Positions 15,109 to 20,000 of a DNA stretch of 20,000 nt are shown piece by piece. Origin of the DNA: an uncultured virus (IMG/VR IMGVR_UViG_3300050138_000133) (lineage: Duplodnaviria; Heunggongvirae; Uroviricota; Caudoviricetes); the IMG/VR virus record IMGVR_UViG_3300050138_000133. The stretch is one strand, 5' to 3'. The position numbers and the translations under genes are program-made. Positions within the stretch are counted from its first letter, which is position 1. The number at the start of each line of letters is the position of its first letter. Under the pieces are notes generated by a model. It was not told the DNA's origin. It ran no database searches and saw only the letters and a list, made by a program, of their open reading frames with translations.

Positions 15109-16170
15109 TTACGGCGCGACCAACGCGGCGAGCGGCCCGAAATTGTTGGAATCTCCAAGCCCATGCACGACTGCATGGAATCGCTCGGTTCCGAGGACGG
15201 CGATCTCGTCCTGATCGAGATAGCGATCCGCCGAACGCACCAGGGTCAGACCGCGGCGCTGCCCGAGCGCCCCGCCCTTATACATGTCACCGAAGGCGAG
15301 CATCGTGGCGCCGGAAAGCGTCGTACTGATCAGCGGAAGTTTCTGAGTAAGGATGACGGGGAAGCCCTGGAAGTAGGGTGTCATCACCCCATCGAGTTCT
15401 GCCATGGGCAGATAGCCGCCGCCAGCGATGCGGATGAGGGTCTGAGCAAGACAGGTCTGAGAACAATACCATGCCGCATTCGGGATCGCGGCGGCTGTTA
15501 CCGACGCCATCAGACTGCCGAGATCATTCGAATCGAGCGTCAAAAATGTATTGTGGCCGGTGGCAGCAACGACCTTTGCCTTGGCATGATTGCCATCGAG
15601 CACGATGGATCCGATGCCGCGCATCGTTCCGTACTTCGAAGTCCCGTCGCCATTGAAGGCGCAATCGTCTTCCTGAGCTGCGAATGCGTAGCCGATTTCG
15701 TTCGCTACAAAATCAACGATGTCCGAGATCGCATCTTCTTCAAGCTCGCTCGATATCCTGATGAGCGAAGCGATCTTCTTGGCCGTAAGATTGACCTTAT
15801 CGAGAGTGACGGCGGTCTCTACGTTAACGCCAGCGCTGTTATTACCTCCAACGAAGAACGCGCTGGCGCCATCTAGGCGCCGCGGAACATCGGTACTATC
15901 AGACGCCATCGGAATGATGCGGGCGCGACGACGGAAGGCGCCGTAAGTATCGCGAATATCCAAGATCGCGTTCGAAAGTTCGTTCGGAACCAGGAAGCCG
16001 CCGCTGGAGTCGATACCTTCACCGGTGGCCTTTGTGATCGCCACGTTATTCGATTTGCACCACGTCAGCGCTTTTTCGTTATGATAGATCGTAGCAAGGA
16101 TCCATTGACCGGCGCGCTGATATCGCGCCTCGATCTCTGGACCACGCCCCGGAAACGCGCGATGCCTCAT
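15109..16170 (-). CDS. Second HK97-family capsid protein (short paralog lacking most of the delta domain)
   Basis: 353 aa. GGFLVP, VNLTAKK, EDDCAFNGDG, AATGHNTF, FGD, GTERF and C-terminal LVAP are shared with 11260..12585. AGGAG RBS and ATGA overlap with the portal stop. Confidence 0.92.
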   Translation of the reverse strand: MRHRAFPGRGPEIEARYQRAGQWILATIYHNEKALTWCKSNNVAITKATGEGIDSSGGFLVPNELSNAILDIRDTYGAFRRRARIIPMASDSTDVPRRLDGASAFFVGGNNSAGVNVETAVTLDKVNLTAKKIASLIRISSELEEDAISDIVDFVANEIGYAFAAQEDDCAFNGDGTSKYGTMRGIGSIVLDGNHAKAKVVAATGHNTFLTLDSNDLGSLMASVTAAAIPNAAWYCSQTCLAQTLIRIAGGGYLPMAELDGVMTPYFQGFPVILTQKLPLISTTLSGATMLAFGDMYKGGALGQRRGLTLVRSADRYLDQDEIAVLGTERFHAVVHGLGDSNNFGPLAALVAP

Positions 16171-17555
16171 TCGTCATCTCCTGATTCTAATTCGGTCGCG
16201 CCAGTGTTCTGGACGAAATCGCTTTGTTCGCTCACGATGTACGGCGCTATCGCGGATTTCTGCGGAGCGGCCGGTGTACTTGGAGTATCCGGCAACGTTC
16301 CGCCATCGGGACGACCGGCACCGTCCGGCGCTGCGCCTGACATGTCCGAACCGCTGGGCGCAAGATTGACCGGCGTTAGAAGGACGTCGCCGCCCTCCAA
16401 AGGAGGATCGCCATTTTCGGCGCGGCATTCATTTTGTGTCGAGATGCCCGACATGATCTTGAGGCGCTGGTTATTGATCCGCGTCGCTTCCGCGGCACGA
16501 AGCAATCTGCGCTCGTCGAAATCAGCAACTAGACCTTCTTTATCCAGATTGAATTTCTGAACGAACTTCTGTTCCCACGCGTCTAGATCAGGCATGATCG
16601 TGGTATTGACGTATTGCTGATCGGCGTCGTCAACCTTGAGCCTCGACATCTCGCCCTTGATGCCGAGCTTGTAGAGCGGCATATCAAACCAGCGCGCAAT
16701 GTCGCCTATCGAATATTCACGCTGCGCTATGAATTCCAGATCAACCGAGCTAAGCTGCGTCGCCTGCCATTTCAGTCCCTCTTCAAGGATCGCAGTTTTT
16801 CCGGCGTTGTTAATGCCGGATCTGAGCTGTTCCCATTGCGTTCGCAATCGGGTTGCGGCGTCGAGAGATAGAAGTTTGTCCGTCTGCAGCACGCCACTCG
16901 GACGCGCTCCGTTATTCATGAATCGTGCGGCTTGCTGTTCGAAGCCCATCGCTAGACCGATCGAGTCTCGCGCGATCGAGATCAGAGAAAGGCCCATCAG
17001 CATATTGAAGCCGATATTCCGAAGATGAAAAATATCCTCTTCCGGAATCATCAGTGGTTGCGTTTTCAGGATGGCATTCAAAAAGATGCCCTGACGCGTT
17101 ACCGAATAGAAGATTTCGCCGCCCGGCGCCTCGTAAAGGATTACAAGATCCGGATTGATCGGAATCAGCGCGGTCGGATTTCCCCGCCCATCCCGCATGA
17201 TGACCGCAAACGCGTTGCCGCGAAGCAAATACGCTCCGTGCATCTGGCGAGCCCATTCGGTCCAGTCTTGCCACTGATTTGGGCGTTTGAATAATTTCGC
17301 GACCGGATGATTCGTGATCGGCTTATCGGCGCGCGCAGAATTCTCTCTCATCAGCCGCGGCGAACAACGCGCAACATCCTTCGACCTAATCGAGATACAA
17401 GCAAAGACCGTCGAAACACTGACGGCGGTTGTCTGATTGACGGCAAGTCCAGTTGCGGACTTCGTTCCACCGAGCAACGGATATAACGTGGAATTGCCGG
17501 TAGCTTTTTCGACCGTCCCGCCAAATACGCGGCGGCCCCAGTCGATCAAACCCAT
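16167..17555 (-). CDS. Portal protein, HK97 family
   Basis: 462 aa. VFACI, LLRGNAF, IFHLR, GLSLI, NGARPSGVL, ILEEGLKW, IARWFDMP and NECRAEN motifs. Confidence 0.96.
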   Translation of the reverse strand: MGLIDWGRRVFGGTVEKATGNSTLYPLLGGTKSATGLAVNQTTAVSVSTVFACISIRSKDVARCSPRLMRENSARADKPITNHPVAKLFKRPNQWQDWTEWARQMHGAYLLRGNAFAVIMRDGRGNPTALIPINPDLVILYEAPGGEIFYSVTRQGIFLNAILKTQPLMIPEEDIFHLRNIGFNMLMGLSLISIARDSIGLAMGFEQQAARFMNNGARPSGVLQTDKLLSLDAATRLRTQWEQLRSGINNAGKTAILEEGLKWQATQLSSVDLEFIAQREYSIGDIARWFDMPLYKLGIKGEMSRLKVDDADQQYVNTTIMPDLDAWEQKFVQKFNLDKEGLVADFDERRLLRAAEATRINNQRLKIMSGISTQNECRAENGDPPLEGGDVLLTPVNLAPSGSDMSGAAPDGAGRPDGGTLPDTPSTPAAPQKSAIAPYIVSEQSDFVQNTGATELESGDDE

Positions 17556-17566
17556 AAAGAATTTCC

Positions 17567-19447
17567 TTAGACGACTAGAATCTCTCTAGTCTCATATACT
17601 GAGGCGTCGGACCCAAATTCGGCGATTGCCGCACCCGTCGACATCGCTATCGTTACGAGACCGTCAATTCGTCCGCGTGAGCGTTTTTTATCGAATGCCC
17701 TGTTCTTCTGACCGTCTGCAATCAGAAGGGCATTCGCCGCGCAAGAGTAGGTCACGGGCGACCGCTCGATGGTGATGCCGTTGTTTAGAATTCGATCCTC
17801 GAGTCGCTCAACGGAGCGCGGCATACATAGCCGCTCGATCGGTTGCCCGTTCTGATCCAACTCTTTGTAGAAAATAACTCGCGTACCCTGACCATGCGAA
17901 ACTAGTTTAAGACCTTGGCCCCGATCAGTGTCCGGACCTTCCCAGAGCCAGACCGCGAAACCGTTCGTCTCGCAAGCCTTCATGAAGTCGCCCATGCCGG
18001 CCGGATCGAATGCTAGAAACTGAACATCGAACTCGCTGCAGATCTCGGCGACCTTGGCTGCGATATAAGTCTTGTCGATCACGGCACCGGTGACTGCTGT
18101 CAGATATCCGTCGGCTTCCCATTGCACATAAGGCGCGTTATCGGACGTCGCTCGATCGGCGAGTCCATCCTTCGTCGTCCAGTACCAGGTCTTGGCCCAG
18201 AGATGCTTGCTGTCGTCAATCCAAACTGCTGTTAGCGCTGTCAGATCGTTCTTCTGTGATAAATCGATCGATAGCCAGCATTTGCATTTCTTCAGTGCTG
18301 GCAGATCAAGGTCGCCCTGAACGGCCGACCATGCTTCTTCCGCAATCCAGAAGTCCACTGAGCCTAGCGGGATTCCGAAGAAGAGACGTTTGACGGACAT
18401 CGCCGTCGATATTTTCCATCTTGCCGTATTGACTTCGCCGCGGATATTTTCGACCGGGAAAGTAATATTAAGCGCGGGAAGCGCCTTAGACCAGCACGCC
18501 TCGTTATCGAAAACGGTTTCTCGGTCGGCCTTGTCGACGCGGGCGATGAAGGCAAAAGCCTCATCGTCCCTAATCTCTCCCCTCGCTACCTTCTGATAAA
18601 ATTCCGAATACTCTGTGCCAACGATCTGCGTTGACGCCGGCGTGTTTGTGCCAAGCAACATCAATGCGTCGCCCGACATTTTAGCGATTGCCCGCATCCA
18701 CGTCTCGATCGACGCGTTAGTTTTCATCTCGTGGATTTCATCAGCCGCAACGAGTATCGGCTTAGGTCCGGAGATCGCCTCGCCATTAGCCAGAGACTGG
18801 AAAACAGAATTAGTATCTGGATGCTCAATCTTGAAGGCATTATCCAGAATTCCGCGGATGACTACTTGGCCGCGGCTTTCTAGCGTGTCACCATCTTCCG
18901 GATCGGAGCCCGGTATAGGCGCGCGGCACATCGCCGCCGCATCCTTGAACAAGACATTCGCGGTCGCCTTATCCTGGCCGATCGCGTAGACCTTGGCGCG
19001 CTGCACGCCGTAATAGCCCATCATGTACAGGCCGATGGCGGCCATCAATGGCGATTTGGCTTGACCCTTTCCGGTCTCAAACCAGCCGGAGCGAAACCGC
19101 ATCCGGCCGGAGTCCTTACGCCAACCGAACAGCGAACCCACGCAAAACGTATGCCATGGCAAAAGATTGAAGGGCTGCCCAACCTTTGCACCCTCAGTAA
19201 TCGATAGGACTGCCGGGAAGAAACCGAAGGCATGTTCGGCTTTCTCTGGGCACCAGTGAAGGCCGCGCGCCGCGCCGTCTACCAAATCCTTAAGATGGCG
19301 CTCTGCGGCATGCCGGACTATCTCGCCGGAGACAATCTGTCCTTTGACGACATCACGCGCCCAGCGCGTGGTCGGATCACTTGGTAACCGACTTGAGGTA
19401 TCCACCGCCGATGAGCGACGGTTTTTGCCTCTGGACTTTTCCGCCAT
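17567..19447 (-). CDS. terL: Terminase large subunit
   Basis: 626 aa. Walker A ETGKGQAKS, Walker B VAADEIHE, RNase H-like nuclease IDLSQKNDLTA, FDP and RIDGLV. Confidence 0.96.
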   Translation of the reverse strand: MAEKSRGKNRRSSAVDTSSRLPSDPTTRWARDVVKGQIVSGEIVRHAAERHLKDLVDGAARGLHWCPEKAEHAFGFFPAVLSITEGAKVGQPFNLLPWHTFCVGSLFGWRKDSGRMRFRSGWFETGKGQAKSPLMAAIGLYMMGYYGVQRAKVYAIGQDKATANVLFKDAAAMCRAPIPGSDPEDGDTLESRGQVVIRGILDNAFKIEHPDTNSVFQSLANGEAISGPKPILVAADEIHEMKTNASIETWMRAIAKMSGDALMLLGTNTPASTQIVGTEYSEFYQKVARGEIRDDEAFAFIARVDKADRETVFDNEACWSKALPALNITFPVENIRGEVNTARWKISTAMSVKRLFFGIPLGSVDFWIAEEAWSAVQGDLDLPALKKCKCWLSIDLSQKNDLTALTAVWIDDSKHLWAKTWYWTTKDGLADRATSDNAPYVQWEADGYLTAVTGAVIDKTYIAAKVAEICSEFDVQFLAFDPAGMGDFMKACETNGFAVWLWEGPDTDRGQGLKLVSHGQGTRVIFYKELDQNGQPIERLCMPRSVERLEDRILNNGITIERSPVTYSCAANALLIADGQKNRAFDKKRSRGRIDGLVTIAMSTGAAIAEFGSDASVYETREILVV

Positions 19448-19877
19448 TGTTGCGTCGTCGCGGTGTGATGGTCAGCTCCGCTTCAGCGGCTGACGCCATC
19501 GCATTCGCATCCTTTAATACTGTGAACCACGGATTATAGGCGGGCTGCTTTTTGCCCTTGCGCGGGAACACCGCGCCTTCTTCCGCGACGTGGCGCATTG
19601 CGATCTCATATAGAACATAGCAATCTATCAGCCGCTTAATCTGGCGTTCATTAGCGTTCGCCAGTTTCTCGGAACTTCGAAGCTCGCCGACGATGACCCG
19701 CCATTGCTGGCGCGCCAACTCCTGATCTAGTTCATCAGTAAATTGCGTAGACCAATCCGGCTCGGTAATACCATCCACGATCGACAATGGAACCGGCGCC
19801 TTGCGTGGCTCCAGTGGAGACACCTTATCTTTTGGTTTGCGGCCGGCGCCGATACGCTTCCCGCCATGCATCGACAT
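19377..19877 (-). CDS. terS: Terminase small subunit, P27 family (start uncertain: 19871, 19877 or 19904)
   Basis: HGGKRIGAGRKPK N-terminus, YNPW...AELTITPRRR C-terminal motif. Overlaps the start of terL. Confidence 0.9.
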   Translation of the reverse strand: MSMHGGKRIGAGRKPKDKVSPLEPRKAPVPLSIVDGITEPDWSTQFTDELDQELARQQWRVIVGELRSSEKLANANERQIKRLIDCYVLYEIAMRHVAEEGAVFPRKGKKQPAYNPWFTVLKDANAMASAAEAELTITPRRRNNGGKVQRQKPSLIGGGYLKSVTK

Positions 19878-20000
19878 CAGATTTGAATTGTTCCTCAAAA
19901 TCAAGAAATCAAAATGATAACAAGTTCAATTTGTTATCGCCATATTGACCTCATTATGCGATGGGTCGGTCTTGATTTCAGGTCTTACTGCAAATGGAGC

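Larger units (their letters stand above)
1..20000 (-). mobile_element. HK97-like tailed phage/prophage DNA-packaging, head and virion-decoration region (boundaries lie outside the window)
   Basis: Co-oriented, overlapping or abutting ORFs in the order terS-terL-portal-capsid-protease-capsid-connector. No host housekeeping genes. Confidence 0.96.

Noticed and set aside
15163..15876. 237-aa plus-strand ORF, and similar plus-strand ORFs at 1903..2493, 3161..3613, 10439..10945 and 16081..16560
   Set aside because: All lie opposite well-supported minus-strand genes and have implausible composition.
16160..16185. Programmed frameshift making a portal-capsid fusion
   Set aside because: No slippery heptamer is visible. 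The ATGA overlap plus AGGAG RBS is explained by ordinary translational coupling.

Overview
This window is a continuous, minus-strand, tightly packed head-morphogenesis region of an HK97-like tailed phage or prophage. An alphaproteobacterial host is a tentative inference. Gene order in the direction of transcription (right to left): small terminase, large terminase, portal, a first HK97-fold capsid gene lacking most of the scaffold/delta domain, a zinc-ribbon HNH endonuclease, prohead protease with an extra domain, a second full-length major capsid gene, a small basic ORF, a cement/decoration protein, a SAM-methyltransferase + GT-A glycosyltransferase fusion, two small ORFs and a gp6-like head-tail connector. 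More than 8 kb of fibre, lectin-like and glycoside-hydrolase genes follow, including a GH71 alpha-1,3-glucanase-like gene. The most notable points are: (1) two paralogous capsid genes; (2) a three-hairpin leader with complementary loops (CCGACA / UGUCGG / CCGACA) covering the RBS of the methyltransferase-glycosyltransferase gene; (3) a covarying promoter+hairpin element after each capsid gene; (4) a carbohydrate-active decoration cluster. I saw no integrase, tRNA, CRISPR or tail-tube genes. All product calls come from motif recognition by eye, not from database searches.
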